Shown: positions 1-9,389 of the stretch, one piece after another
Numbering within the stretch: position 1 is the first letter of the stretch
Layout of the letters: every line of letters starts with the position of its first letter
Origin: Promethearchaeati archaeon SRVP18_Atabeyarchaeia-1
GTDB taxonomy: Archaea > Asgardarchaeota > Atabeyarchaeia > Atabeyarchaeales > Atabeyarchaeaceae
Assembly (NCBI GenBank): GCA_037308085.1
Contig: CP147779.1
Span: 2,254,895-2,318,894, forward strand
Reading direction: 5' to 3'
DNA: 64,000 bases
Translations under genes and position numbers: made by a program
The notes under the pieces: generated by a model
Database searches by the model: none
Told to the model about the DNA's origin: nothing
The model's input: the letters and a program-made list of their open reading frames with translations, nothing else

Positions 1-21
1 CTCTACCCAGTCGCATACCGT

Positions 22-489
22 TTGTACTCATTATCAAGCCAAGTCTTTGTGTTACAGGGCGGGTCAGTTTCCCTCCCCTCGAGCCTTCCGATCGAAGAAG
101 CCCTGACGGTTTTGATGTTCTGCTGGGCACTAAACACCGTGGGGCGCTTGGCCAATAGTGAATACAAGCTATTCAAAGAGGGAAAAGAGAAGCTTGAGAA
201 CAAGCTGACAAGCCCGCTGCGGATACTGAGAAGAGAGAAAGGAAAAGACGAACAGCAGGAGGCTTACGCTGTCGCAGCAACTCTGTTTGAGGAGTTCAAA
301 AAAGAGGAGCTTGCGGTCAATCCAGTATTCGTCTTTGGGCTACTATTCTCCGCACTTGCGTACTTCGTCTTCAAGCATGGATATACAATGGTCAATGTGC
401 CCGGCTATATTGAGCCGGGAGTAGCATTAGTGCTAAGCCTTGCGGCTACCGTTCCCCTACTCTTCTACATGATGATAAAAAAGAGGTGA
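22..489 (+). CDS. hypothetical protein with hydrophobic C-terminal half
   Basis: 155-aa ORF. Predicted TM stretches (VFVFGLLFSALAYFVF, VALVLSLAATVPLLFYMMI). No recognisable family. Confidence 0.3.
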   Translation: MYSLSSQVFVLQGGSVSLPSSLPIEEALTVLMFCWALNTVGRLANSEYKLFKEGKEKLENKLTSPLRILRREKGKDEQQEAYAVAATLFEEFKKEELAVNPVFVFGLLFSALAYFVFKHGYTMVNVPGYIEPGVALVLSLAATVPLLFYMMIKKR

Positions 490-600
490 GCTTCAAACCC
501 TTGATCTTTGGACGGAACTGGTACGAAGGGTCATGAGGCCACAAAGCAGCAATAATCCCCCGCTATTCATGGGTCGGTGTGTCAATCTTCCCTCTTTGGA

Positions 601-1617
601 CTATTTTACTTTCAGCCTGTTGAGCTTGTCAATTGCTTGTTCTGCTTCACTCATAGTTCGTTCTATCAGTTCTTTGACAGTGGGGATGTCTCTCACTCTT
701 CCCGCGCACATTCCGCAAAGCATGATGCCTTTGCTTATGTCACCGTCTTTCTCGGCTAGGGGCCATCTGGGTAGCTCCCACGAGTGTATCCTGTCCTCTG
801 AAGTTCCTTTTGCGACGAGAGCCTTCTGTTCGGTCACGTATTCATTTACGAGGTGTCGAGCAGGTCCAAACATGCCCAGGATTACCTCCGTGTCAGTTTC
901 CCTGGCCTCCATGATTCTCTTCTTGTAGTTCTCGTGGAACTCGCATTCCTTCGTGTTTATGAACCTAGTTCCCATCTGTATCCCTTGTGCGCCCATTGCT
1001 AGGGCTGCTGCCAGCCCTCGCCCATCGGCGAATCCTCCTGCTGCAATCACAGGTATCTTAACCGAGTCGACTACTGCCGGAACTAGCACATTTGTGTGAA
1101 CTGGTGTGGGGGAGACGTGTCCACCTGCCTCGTAGCCCGAGGCGATCACAGCGTCGCATCCAACCGCCTCGGCTTTTTTGGCGTGACGAACGGTTGGGAC
1201 TACGTGTAGGACCTTCAAGCCCGCTTCTTTGAATTTCTTTGTGAAGAGGGTTGGATCACCGGCAGAGGTTATCACTGCCTTGAGTCTTCTTCTGACTTCT
1301 GGGTCGTTTCGAACTTGATCTACGACCATGTCCGCCAGCTTGTATGCGTCGAGCATGAGCTGGAGCTTGGCTACTCTGATGTTGAGGGCAAAGTTGCCTT
1401 TCGTGCCTTTCTTGACAATTTGAATGTCCTGCTTCATCTTGGTGACTGAATCGGTTGCCGTGTCCTTCGGCTCGAGTATTCCAGCGTGGCTGATTGTTCC
1501 CAGTCCTCCAGCCTCTGAAACGGCGATGGCAAGCTTGGTGGTCACGAAGGGACCCATGGGGGCTTGCAGTATAGGATACCTGATTCCAAAAAGGTCGCAG
1601 ATTCCTGTTTTTATCAT
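601..1617 (-). CDS. nitronate monooxygenase / enoyl-ACP reductase II (NMO/FabK family) flavoprotein
   Basis: 338 aa. N-terminal 'GIRYPILQAPMG' and Gly-rich FMN-binding TIM-barrel motifs typical of 2-nitropropane-dioxygenase-like enzymes. Confidence 0.75.
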   Translation of the reverse strand: MIKTGICDLFGIRYPILQAPMGPFVTTKLAIAVSEAGGLGTISHAGILEPKDTATDSVTKMKQDIQIVKKGTKGNFALNIRVAKLQLMLDAYKLADMVVDQVRNDPEVRRRLKAVITSAGDPTLFTKKFKEAGLKVLHVVPTVRHAKKAEAVGCDAVIASGYEAGGHVSPTPVHTNVLVPAVVDSVKIPVIAAGGFADGRGLAAALAMGAQGIQMGTRFINTKECEFHENYKKRIMEARETDTEVILGMFGPARHLVNEYVTEQKALVAKGTSEDRIHSWELPRWPLAEKDGDISKGIMLCGMCAGRVRDIPTVKELIERTMSEAEQAIDKLNRLKVK

Positions 1618-1847
1618 TGTCCATTTGACGCCTCCTTTGACATGTTACTAGAGGTTTACCATGATGGATAATTCTCGCCATTCTTCCCTAAGACCGTTAC
1701 GACTTGAGCAACTTTAGATGTATATAAGGATCCGCAAAAAAGGCACACAGAAAAATGGTAGCCATCCAGATCGTTAGGTTCTGCCCTGCTCGTGGGCATT
1801 AGCAGGAAAAAAAGGAAGAGGGCTGATGGAGGTTCTCTGATAGCCCC

Positions 1848-2297
1848 TCAAATGAAGAGAATTTGGTACCCCGCAGTCTGTTCCATCAAGGTGGCGGCGC
1901 CCACGATGTCGTCTACAATCGGATCGAGGGTCTCCTTCTTCAAACCCAGCATTTCGACGGTTGTCGAGCAACCGTAGACCTTCACGTCGCCGCTCTGCTT
2001 TGCTTTCTTGAGCATGTCATACCACGATGGTGCCTTCATCTTCTGCATTCCGCTGATCATTTTTGGCACCATGTCCTCGAATTCCTTCGTGAACCTTGGT
2101 TTGTCCTTTATGCCACCCTTCATGATGGAAGCGAGTGCAAATCCAGTGAAGAACACTCTTACGGGTACGCCCATGGCTGCCGCAGTCGAACTCAGCACGC
2201 CCACTGGGAGCAGCTTGTCAGCCTGGCCAGAACAAGAGATTATCGCAAGGCCACCTTTATTCTCGCTCATTTTCTTCTGCCTCGATTTCCTATTCAA
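1848..2297 (-). CDS. DsrE/DsrF-like (COG2210 peroxiredoxin-like) sulfur-relay family protein
   Basis: 149 aa. 'GGLAIISCSG', 'VRVFFTGFAL' and a late conserved Cys 'KVYGCSTT' match the DsrE-like fold. Divergent from an ArsR regulator. Confidence 0.5.
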   Translation of the reverse strand: MNRKSRQKKMSENKGGLAIISCSGQADKLLPVGVLSSTAAAMGVPVRVFFTGFALASIMKGGIKDKPRFTKEFEDMVPKMISGMQKMKAPSWYDMLKKAKQSGDVKVYGCSTTVEMLGLKKETLDPIVDDIVGAATLMEQTAGYQILFI

Positions 2298-2333
2298 GTA
2301 TTCGAATATTTGATTATTAGAATACTCGCATGG

Positions 2334-2343
2334 TTATATATAA
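2334..2343. promoter_or_regulatory. archaeal TATA-box candidate (ttatatataa) in divergent DsrE-like/ArsR intergenic region
   Basis: AT-rich palindromic TATA about 37-46 bp upstream of the DsrE-like start codon at 2297, and upstream of arsR. Confidence 0.35.
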
Positions 2344-2489
2344 TGTTTTTGGAATTACCCGTTAGAGTGGCGCGCCAAGCGCTGATCCCTCGAAACGGGG
2401 TGCGCTGGACCCTTAGCCGCCCGAGACCAATAAACATAATAGCAAACAGTTCCGCGGTGTATACAAATAGGTCACGGGGTGCTGCAAGA

Positions 2490-2783
2490 ATGAGTGAGGT
2501 ATGCAACCTACAAGCAGAGCTCTGTAAAGTAATAGCCAACCCCAAGCGGATAAGAATGATCAACCTACTCAAAGATGGAGAAAAATCGGTGCTCGAAATA
2601 GCAAAAGGACTCGGCATAAGCCAATCCAATGCTTCGCAGCACCTTACTATCATGAGGGCAAAAGGAGTCGTACTTACCAGGGCAAGCGGGAGGGAAATCT
2701 ATTACAGACTCGCCATACCAGAGGTCGCCCGTGCCTGCGACCTTGTCGCTACAGCCCTGAGACGTATGAGAGAGACAAAATGA
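2490..2783 (+). CDS. ArsR/SmtB family HTH transcriptional regulator
   Basis: Only the C-terminal 97 aa of track ORF 1863..2783 is plausible coding, with ATG at 2490. 'LEIAKGLGISQSNASQHLTIMRAKGVV' is a classic ArsR recognition helix. The upstream part of the ORF overlaps the minus-strand DsrE-like gene. Confidence 0.75.
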   Translation: MSEVCNLQAELCKVIANPKRIRMINLLKDGEKSVLEIAKGLGISQSNASQHLTIMRAKGVVLTRASGREIYYRLAIPEVARACDLVATALRRMRETK

Positions 2784-3018
2784 AGTTTTGTTGGCCCACG
2801 GCTGAACGGGAAACGCATAATGCGAATGACCATCTCGGCTAGTCTCTTTCAGTTGTTTTGCAAGTTCTTTTCGTTGTTTACGGGACTTTATCGATTCAGA
2901 GGAGAAGGAACACTTAGATAAACTCTTAAATTTCTCGGAACGTAAGGAAAAGATAGGAGAATCCAAGAATAATCAAGAATAAGATCACTGCGCGAAAGAG
3001 GGGTGTGTCGTAAGAATA

Positions 3019-4368
3019 ATGGTAGACGAAGAAGTACCGAAGATCGTTACTCCTATCCCAGGTCCCAACGCCAGGAAAGTAATTGATGCTGACACGAAGT
3101 ACCTCGTAAAGTCCACGAAGACTGGTCCAGTTGTAGCGAAGCGTGCCTACGGAGCTGTGGTTGAGGATGTTGATGGAAACAAGCTGCTCGACTTCACTGT
3201 AGGCATATCAGTCTGCAATATTGGATACTGCCACCCTAAGGTCACTGAGGCGATAAAGGCACAGGCCGAGAAGTTGGTCCACTATGCCGGCCAGGACTAC
3301 TACTACGAAGAGCAGGTCAACTTGGCGAAGAAGCTCACTGAAATAACGCCAGGCAATTTCCAGAAGCAAGTGTTCCTCTCCAACTCCGGAACTGAGAGCA
3401 ATGAGGCTGCTATCAAACTCTGCAAGTTCCACCAGAAGCGCCACCAGTTCATCTCATTCATCGGAGCATTCCACGGCAGATCAATCGGCTCCGTGTCCCT
3501 GACTGCCTCGAAGCCGAACCACAAGGAAGGCTTTTTCCCCATGATGCCCGGAGTTAGCCATGTTCCTTACGCTTACTGTTACAGGTGCGCCTACAAGATG
3601 ACGTACCCGCAGTGTGGACTCTGGTGCGCTAAATACATAGAAGAGGTTCTGTTCAACAGCTACCTACCACCGACAGAAGTTGCTGCAGTCTTCGCCGAAC
3701 CGATTCAGGGCGAAGGAGGCTACGTGGTCCCACCTAGTGACTGGTACAAGGAAATCAAGCGAATATGCGAGAAGAACGGAATACTGTTCGTAGACGACGA
3801 AGTTCAGGCTGGAATGGGGCGAACAGGGAAATGGTTCTGCACTGAGCACTATGGAGTGGTTCCAGACATCTTGACAACGTCCAAAGCGATTGCATCCGGA
3901 ATACCGCTCGGTGCCACGGTGGTCAGAGCTGACATAGCCGACTGGAAAGAGGGATCTCATAGTAACACCTTTGGGGGAAACACGTTGGCATGTGTCGCCG
4001 CCGTGGCGACGATAAAGGTTATTGAGACCGAGAAGCTGCTTGATAACGCCACGAAGATGGGCGAGAAGGCGATGCGAAGACTCAACGAGATGAAAGAGAA
4101 GTACGAGATTATCGGCGACGTGAGAGGAAAAGGACTAATGATTGGCGTGGAGTTCGTTAAGGACAAGAAGACCAAGGAAAGATACTTCGAAGCGCATGAT
4201 GCTATACCGGATATTGCCATGAAGAAGGGGCTCGTCCTCTTGCCATGCGGCAAGAACGGGGTTCGCATAATTCCTCCGCTTAACATTGACGAGAAGCTAC
4301 TCGAGAAGGGACTCATGATCTTCGAGGACACCGTGAAGGAGTTCTCAAAGCAGGCGCCCAAGAAGTAG
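3019..4368 (+). CDS. class-III PLP-dependent aminotransferase (GABA/acetylornithine aminotransferase-like)
   Basis: 449 aa. 'LLDFTVGISVCNIGYCHP', 'FIGAFHGRS', 'DEVQAGMGRTG', and a PLP-lysine region 'TTSKAIASGIPLGA'. Confidence 0.85.
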   Translation: MVDEEVPKIVTPIPGPNARKVIDADTKYLVKSTKTGPVVAKRAYGAVVEDVDGNKLLDFTVGISVCNIGYCHPKVTEAIKAQAEKLVHYAGQDYYYEEQVNLAKKLTEITPGNFQKQVFLSNSGTESNEAAIKLCKFHQKRHQFISFIGAFHGRSIGSVSLTASKPNHKEGFFPMMPGVSHVPYAYCYRCAYKMTYPQCGLWCAKYIEEVLFNSYLPPTEVAAVFAEPIQGEGGYVVPPSDWYKEIKRICEKNGILFVDDEVQAGMGRTGKWFCTEHYGVVPDILTTSKAIASGIPLGATVVRADIADWKEGSHSNTFGGNTLACVAAVATIKVIETEKLLDNATKMGEKAMRRLNEMKEKYEIIGDVRGKGLMIGVEFVKDKKTKERYFEAHDAIPDIAMKKGLVLLPCGKNGVRIIPPLNIDEKLLEKGLMIFEDTVKEFSKQAPKK

Positions 4369-4490
4369 GTCTGGATCTTGTGGGCCCTATCTAGGCTACT
4401 TCTCCCTCTATTTTTCGGAAGCGATAGTTATTTTTCTCCAGATGTCGCTACCGATACACCGTCCGCAAGGAATAGGGGTGCATATACGCC

Positions 4491-5153
4491 GTGCAAGAGG
4501 GCACTAAGAGGTTGTACTGGGAGGATCCTTACAGGAGGAGTTTTGAGGCTCAAATCATCTCGAACGTGGGGAGGGAGGTTGTGCTCAGCCAGACCTGTTT
4601 CTATCCTAGGGGTGGAGGTCAGGTCAGCGACAGTGGCATAATAGAGTCAGCGAGAGTCACTGACGTAGTAGATCGGAAAGATGGAACGATCGCCCACATC
4701 TTGGAGAGCTCTCTGCAAGCCAGGACGGGGGATATAGTTAGGGGGGAAATAGACTGGGAGAAGCGCTATAGCACTATGAAGCTGCATTCAGCCTCGCACC
4801 TTCTCTACTATGTTATGCAGGAAGTCTTCGGAGTTGAAGCCACACCCGCGTCGTCGGGGCTAGTGGACGAGAAGAAGGATAGAACTGACTACCTCTTCAG
4901 CACATCACTCGACCAAGAGAAACTGAAGGAAGCTGAGAGAAGGGTCAACAACATCATTAAGGAAGCGCGCGAGGTTAGAACTTGGAACGATCCGAGCCGA
5001 GATGGAAAAAGAATGTGGGAACTGAAGCCCTACCCAGTCATGATGTGCGGGGGAACACATGTGAGAAATACAATGGAGATAGGCGAGGTATCAGTAACGC
5101 GAGGAAAGAAGCCCGGGCGCGGAAAGGAGAGAATTGAGATAACTCTAATGTAG
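4491..5153 (+). CDS. alaX: AlaX-type alanyl-tRNA editing domain protein
   Basis: 220 aa. Zn-binding HxxxH ('HSASHLL') and 'CGGTHV' motifs of the AlaRS/ThrRS second additional (editing) domain. Confidence 0.7.
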   Translation: MQEGTKRLYWEDPYRRSFEAQIISNVGREVVLSQTCFYPRGGGQVSDSGIIESARVTDVVDRKDGTIAHILESSLQARTGDIVRGEIDWEKRYSTMKLHSASHLLYYVMQEVFGVEATPASSGLVDEKKDRTDYLFSTSLDQEKLKEAERRVNNIIKEAREVRTWNDPSRDGKRMWELKPYPVMMCGGTHVRNTMEIGEVSVTRGKKPGRGKERIEITLM

Positions 5154-5190
5154 TGGCAAAGAAGGTCTACAGGGAGATCTGATACGCGTC

Positions 5191-6057
5191 TCAGAATCGT
5201 TCTATCCAGCTCTGCTTACCGCCGTTGCCAGAGTACCCGAAGAATCGCTCAGCAACTAGGCGTGTAGTCTCGGGTTCAATAATCTTGTCGTTGAGCTTGC
5301 TTGGCGAGAGAGACGACGCGTTGCTAAATATGGTCAGGATCTTGGCCTTTGCGTAGTCGATTTGGCCCTGTTCGATTCTGCGCGCCAGCTCTTTGGAAAA
5401 TTCTGTTGACTCAGTTCCGAGGACACTGGAATTGACCATATCGACAATCGCGCCCAGCTGCCCACCGTCCATTTCGGATTCTACTTCTCCGATCAGGCTC
5501 AAGGGCAGTCCCACTAGGTTTCCTTCTTCGTGAACCGAGTTGCACCACAGAGTCAAACCAAAGCATCCTCGAAAGTCTCGCGGAATGAGGTTAGTCATGA
5601 ATGCGATCATGTTCCTTACTTGCCAGTCTTCGCCTACAACCATGACCTTCTTTCCCCCCACGAGCGATTGTAGGGCTGAATCGAATTTCCCTGGAATCCG
5701 CACGCGGGGAACAGCAAACGGTCCTGGCTCGTCTTCGTATTCGCGCACAAAGTCGCCGTCCAAGCCATCCTTGACAGACTCCCTAAGAAGCCCTTCATAT
5801 TGGAAGAGGTCAACATCTCTCCTATCAGTAAAGATAAAGGCGCAACCGAAGCCTGAGTCGACTGACATCTTGTAGTAGGAGACCGCCGTGCCCGTTTCTC
5901 CAACCGGAAACGACTTCAAGACTTCGTCGGGTGGGAGCCCCAAAGGCAGAGACTTGAGTGAGAGCAGTTTCTTGATATGAGGAGAAAGAACACCATTACT
6001 AGCTATGATTTCTACGCCGCTCTTGCGATTGAATGACAGGAAGGTTCTTATCATCAT
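5191..6057 (-). CDS. hypothetical protein, third gene of the Arf-like GTPase operon
   Basis: 288 aa, 62 bp downstream of the membrane-protein gene on the same strand. No recognisable family. The N-terminal about 80 aa is weakly reminiscent of the paralog pair at 62259..63686. Confidence 0.45.
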   Translation of the reverse strand: MMIRTFLSFNRKSGVEIIASNGVLSPHIKKLLSLKSLPLGLPPDEVLKSFPVGETGTAVSYYKMSVDSGFGCAFIFTDRRDVDLFQYEGLLRESVKDGLDGDFVREYEDEPGPFAVPRVRIPGKFDSALQSLVGGKKVMVVGEDWQVRNMIAFMTNLIPRDFRGCFGLTLWCNSVHEEGNLVGLPLSLIGEVESEMDGGQLGAIVDMVNSSVLGTESTEFSKELARRIEQGQIDYAKAKILTIFSNASSLSPSKLNDKIIEPETTRLVAERFFGYSGNGGKQSWIERF

Positions 6058-6118
6058 AGCCTGCCCACCCCCGAAATGATCGCCCCTGTCTACTGTAGAG
6101 ATCTGGTCCCCTCACGTT

Positions 6119-6874
6119 TCACTTTGCAGTCTTTGGCATTATGCCCAATCTGACTTGAAGCCATACCGGCATGCTGAAACCGACATAGAACACGACCAGC
6201 GATGGGATTGCCACAAATGGCACCTCAAATATGCCGAGGAAAACCCAGAACTCCGGCGACAAGCCAAGGATGTAGAACTGCCCCCCTTGTACAAGAAGTG
6301 TAGACACCGACTCCGCAATGATCCACAGTGACAGCGGAATTCCTATCAGCCTCGCCCTAACCTTATGAAAGAGCTTAGTGCTTTTCCTGCCACTCATCAG
6401 CATGCTTGCTGATATGATGAGGGCTATCAGAGGAGTCAAAGCAGCGGCGAAAAGAGCCTCAGTGTTCCATACCAGTGGCCACCCGGGAATAACCTGGTAC
6501 CCATAGTAGAAGCCAGACACCTCCGCGAGGACCCACCACGCAGCCACGCCAATCTTAGCTGGTATGGCGTACTTGCCTCTAGTCCTGCTGAGGTTCAGCG
6601 CGAAGAGAGTCAACAGAGCAACACATGTAAAAGCTGAAATCAGCCGACCGAACATGTATACTGGCGCTACTGCAAAGAGCAAACCGAACACTTTGCAGGC
6701 GTAGTATGCCGTGCCAATCGCAAAGAATCCCACAAAATAGAACGTCAGTCTCTCATTCATAAGCTTCCTAAGCTTCACAACCGAGTAGACTGTCAGAACT
6801 GACGAAAGTATCAGGACAGGGATACTGACTTCAAATTCAAGGAGATCGAATTCAGTGCCAAAAGGCAATCCCAC
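6119..6874 (-). CDS. polytopic membrane protein (about 7 TM), hypothetical
   Basis: 251 aa and highly hydrophobic. Starts 25 bp downstream of the GTPase gene. Confidence 0.5.
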   Translation of the reverse strand: MGLPFGTEFDLLEFEVSIPVLILSSVLTVYSVVKLRKLMNERLTFYFVGFFAIGTAYYACKVFGLLFAVAPVYMFGRLISAFTCVALLTLFALNLSRTRGKYAIPAKIGVAAWWVLAEVSGFYYGYQVIPGWPLVWNTEALFAAALTPLIALIISASMLMSGRKSTKLFHKVRARLIGIPLSLWIIAESVSTLLVQGGQFYILGLSPEFWVFLGIFEVPFVAIPSLVVFYVGFSMPVWLQVRLGIMPKTAK

Positions 6875-6898
6875 TCCACACCCCCAAGCTAAGGCTTC

Positions 6899-7489
6899 TC
6901 ACTTCTGCTCCCGCACCTTGTCAACGAGGTATTCGAAGGCCTCTTTGAGTCCATCACCGTACATTCCGCTGGTTTTGACCACGTGCACGCTGTGCCCCTT
7001 CAACAGATTGTCGACTCCATAACTCTCAAGAATCTCCTCCTCGGTCATTGGGTTCTTGTCCCGCAAGTCCTGCTTATTCGCCATTACCAGGACTGGAATT
7101 CCGTCATTTAACAGACTTACTGCATATTCGAAGATCTTCCTGTTCTCTGCAATGTTGGCGCGGTCAGTTGCGTCCACCACGAAGATGACTCCTCCAGGGG
7201 ACTGTCTGACCCCAAGTTCCCAGAATACCTGGCGGTATACTTGTTGGCCTCCGACGTCGCATGCTATGAAGTTCCATCCCTCAAACTCAAAGTTCTCGAA
7301 GTCGATCCCGTGTGTTGGTCTGATCTGCATTTGATGCCCGTCTTCCAAGACAACCTTTCCGCTTGCGGGAGGTTGTCCCGTTTTCATGTAATAGAGCATT
7401 GTTGTCTTTCCGGCCCCACCGGGACCCAACAGGCATATTTTGATCCTCTTCTTCGATCGAAACAGGTTCTTGACCCACCCCGGCGGCAT
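6899..7489 (-). CDS. Arf/Arl-family small GTPase
   Basis: 196 aa. G1 'GPGGAGKTT', switch-I 'PTHGIDFE', G3 'DVGGQ', G4 'NKQD', and an Arf-specific 'TSG..G.GL.EA..YL' G5 region. The basic N-terminal 'VKNLFRSKKRIKICLLG' resembles the Arf amphipathic helix. Confidence 0.8.
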   Translation of the reverse strand: MPPGWVKNLFRSKKRIKICLLGPGGAGKTTMLYYMKTGQPPASGKVVLEDGHQMQIRPTHGIDFENFEFEGWNFIACDVGGQQVYRQVFWELGVRQSPGGVIFVVDATDRANIAENRKIFEYAVSLLNDGIPVLVMANKQDLRDKNPMTEEEILESYGVDNLLKGHSVHVVKTSGMYGDGLKEAFEYLVDKVREQK

Positions 7490-7777
7490 CGACTACCACC
7501 TCTTGCTGATTTCACATGACTCTTATCACTGCTTTTATCCTTGTGGAAAACTCGGCACAAAAGTCAGCCGAAGCTACGATATTCGCAAGCAGTCAAGACC
7601 ATGCTGATGAGTTAGAGGACGAAAGTCTTGTAGGGAACAAAATCTGCAATCAGCTTCGCTATCGTCAGGTTTGACTTCTCTCTCGCCCGAGTCGGCTATA
7701 CTGGCAAAGATGTTGCCCATGAAGGTGAGCCAAATACCAATGCCGCTAGCCCCAACCAGAAAAGACACGGATCTCGC

Positions 7778-9193
7778 TCACAGCGGCGGTCTCTTGTTCT
7801 GCCACGGGTGAACTTTTTCGTAAGCTCTCGATGCTTTGAGCACACCCATGTCATCGTAGCGGTTTCCTATGATCTGCAGCCCAACCGGGAGACCCTTTGA
7901 CGTGAAGCCTATTGGTATCGAGGCCGCAGGCTGGCCTGTGAAGTTGAATGGGTAGGTGAAAGGCATCCAAGCTATGGGTCCAACTCCTTTTCCAGCGATC
8001 TTGCTTGGCGTACCTGCTGCGTTTGGCTGGATCTCGAAGGCAGCGACCGCTGTGACCGGCGTTAGAAGGAGGTTGTACTGCTCGAAGATCTTCCTCATTC
8101 TCTTCCAGAGTTCCTCTCTCTTGTACTCTATTCTAATGATGTCCCTTGCCTTCAAGCCCGGCTCGAGAGCTAGAAAGCTGGAGTAGTAGGGGTACAGAAC
8201 CTTTTTCCATTCTTCAAGGCGCTTGTCAATCGTAGCGACTGTTCTAGCAACGGTCAGGTTTATCAGATCGTTCTCCATATTTGGCAGATCCGGCTTTATC
8301 TCAGTCACCTTGCAGTCAAGCATTTCGAAGGAGAAGGCGGCTTTCCTCGTAAGGTTCTCGATATCCACATCGACCGCTGCGTACCCAAGGCTGGGGGTGT
8401 AGGCTATGTTCGCCCGATCTATTCCCTTGTCGATGTTCTCCAGGTAGCGTTCCCCTGTAGCTGGCAAAGAGAATCTGTCCCTCTCATCAGGACCAGCTAT
8501 GATGTCAAGCGTCGCGGCTGCGTCGGACACAGCCCTAGTTATTGGCCCATCACAGCTGAGGGTTTCCCACATGGAGAGGCTTGGATAGTCTGGAACGCGT
8601 CCAAAGGAGGGCTTTATGCCGTAGACGCCGCAGAAATTTGCGGGTATCCTTATTGAGCCTCCTCCGTCACTTCCAGAAGCTATGGGTCCGAAGCCAGAGG
8701 CTACGGCTGCGGCTGCTCCTCCGCTTGAGCCACCTGTCGTTCTGGACTTGTCCCAAGGGTTGCGTGCCGCCCCAAATACTTGGTTATCCGTGTAGGCGAT
8801 GAGACCGAATTCTGGTACGTTCGTTTTTCCTATTATAACCGCGCCAGCTTTTCTTAGCCTCTCAACTATGACTGCATCTTCTTCTGGAACATAATTCTCG
8901 TACAGCTTGGAGCCGAAGGTCGTGCGAATACCCTTGGTATAGACTAGGTCCTTGATCGTGATCGGAACCCCGGTTAATGGACCTACTTTCTTGCCATCCT
9001 TGATATCCTTGGCGGCTTTTCTTGCAGAAGCCATCGCGCCCGCTTCCGTGAGAGTTACGATGGCATTAAGCTCGGGGTTATATCGCTTGACCCTTGAAAG
9101 GATTTCTTCAAGAACATCAACGGGCGACAGCTCACCTTTCGCATAAGCCTGGCTGAGTTCTATCGCGCTCATCCAACAAGTTTCTTTAACCAA
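7778..9193 (-). CDS. amidase-signature family enzyme (GatA/amidase)
   Basis: 471 aa. 'GGSSGGAAAAVASGFGPIASGSDGGGSIRIPA' amidase signature. Confidence 0.85.
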   Translation of the reverse strand: MVKETCWMSAIELSQAYAKGELSPVDVLEEILSRVKRYNPELNAIVTLTEAGAMASARKAAKDIKDGKKVGPLTGVPITIKDLVYTKGIRTTFGSKLYENYVPEEDAVIVERLRKAGAVIIGKTNVPEFGLIAYTDNQVFGAARNPWDKSRTTGGSSGGAAAAVASGFGPIASGSDGGGSIRIPANFCGVYGIKPSFGRVPDYPSLSMWETLSCDGPITRAVSDAAATLDIIAGPDERDRFSLPATGERYLENIDKGIDRANIAYTPSLGYAAVDVDIENLTRKAAFSFEMLDCKVTEIKPDLPNMENDLINLTVARTVATIDKRLEEWKKVLYPYYSSFLALEPGLKARDIIRIEYKREELWKRMRKIFEQYNLLLTPVTAVAAFEIQPNAAGTPSKIAGKGVGPIAWMPFTYPFNFTGQPAASIPIGFTSKGLPVGLQIIGNRYDDMGVLKASRAYEKVHPWQNKRPPL

Positions 9194-9389
9194 TATGAAA
9201 TGTACCCTCCTCCAGGTTTCCTGGATCCTGCATCATTCTCGGGATCTAGACCGCCTAGAGCGCAACATGTGGTCATGCCACCGTTCGGCTACGTCTCTCT
9301 TTCAATCCTATTAACGTTTTCTGTTCTGCTAACATCGAAGGTGACGACTTCGCTTGTCTGCGTTGCCTGCGCGAGGTGTCGGGATGAGC

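Noticed and set aside
533-1681. Plus- and minus-strand ORFs (131, 60, 141, 75 aa) overlapping the NMO/FabK gene
   Set aside because: Alternative-frame or antisense ORFs inside a well-supported gene. The 141-aa ORF is Arg-rich and low-complexity.
1863-2489. N-terminal 200 codons of the 306-aa plus-strand ORF
   Set aside because: Overlaps the minus-strand DsrE-like gene antisense and has no family signal. Only the 3' ArsR portion from ATG 2490 is credible.
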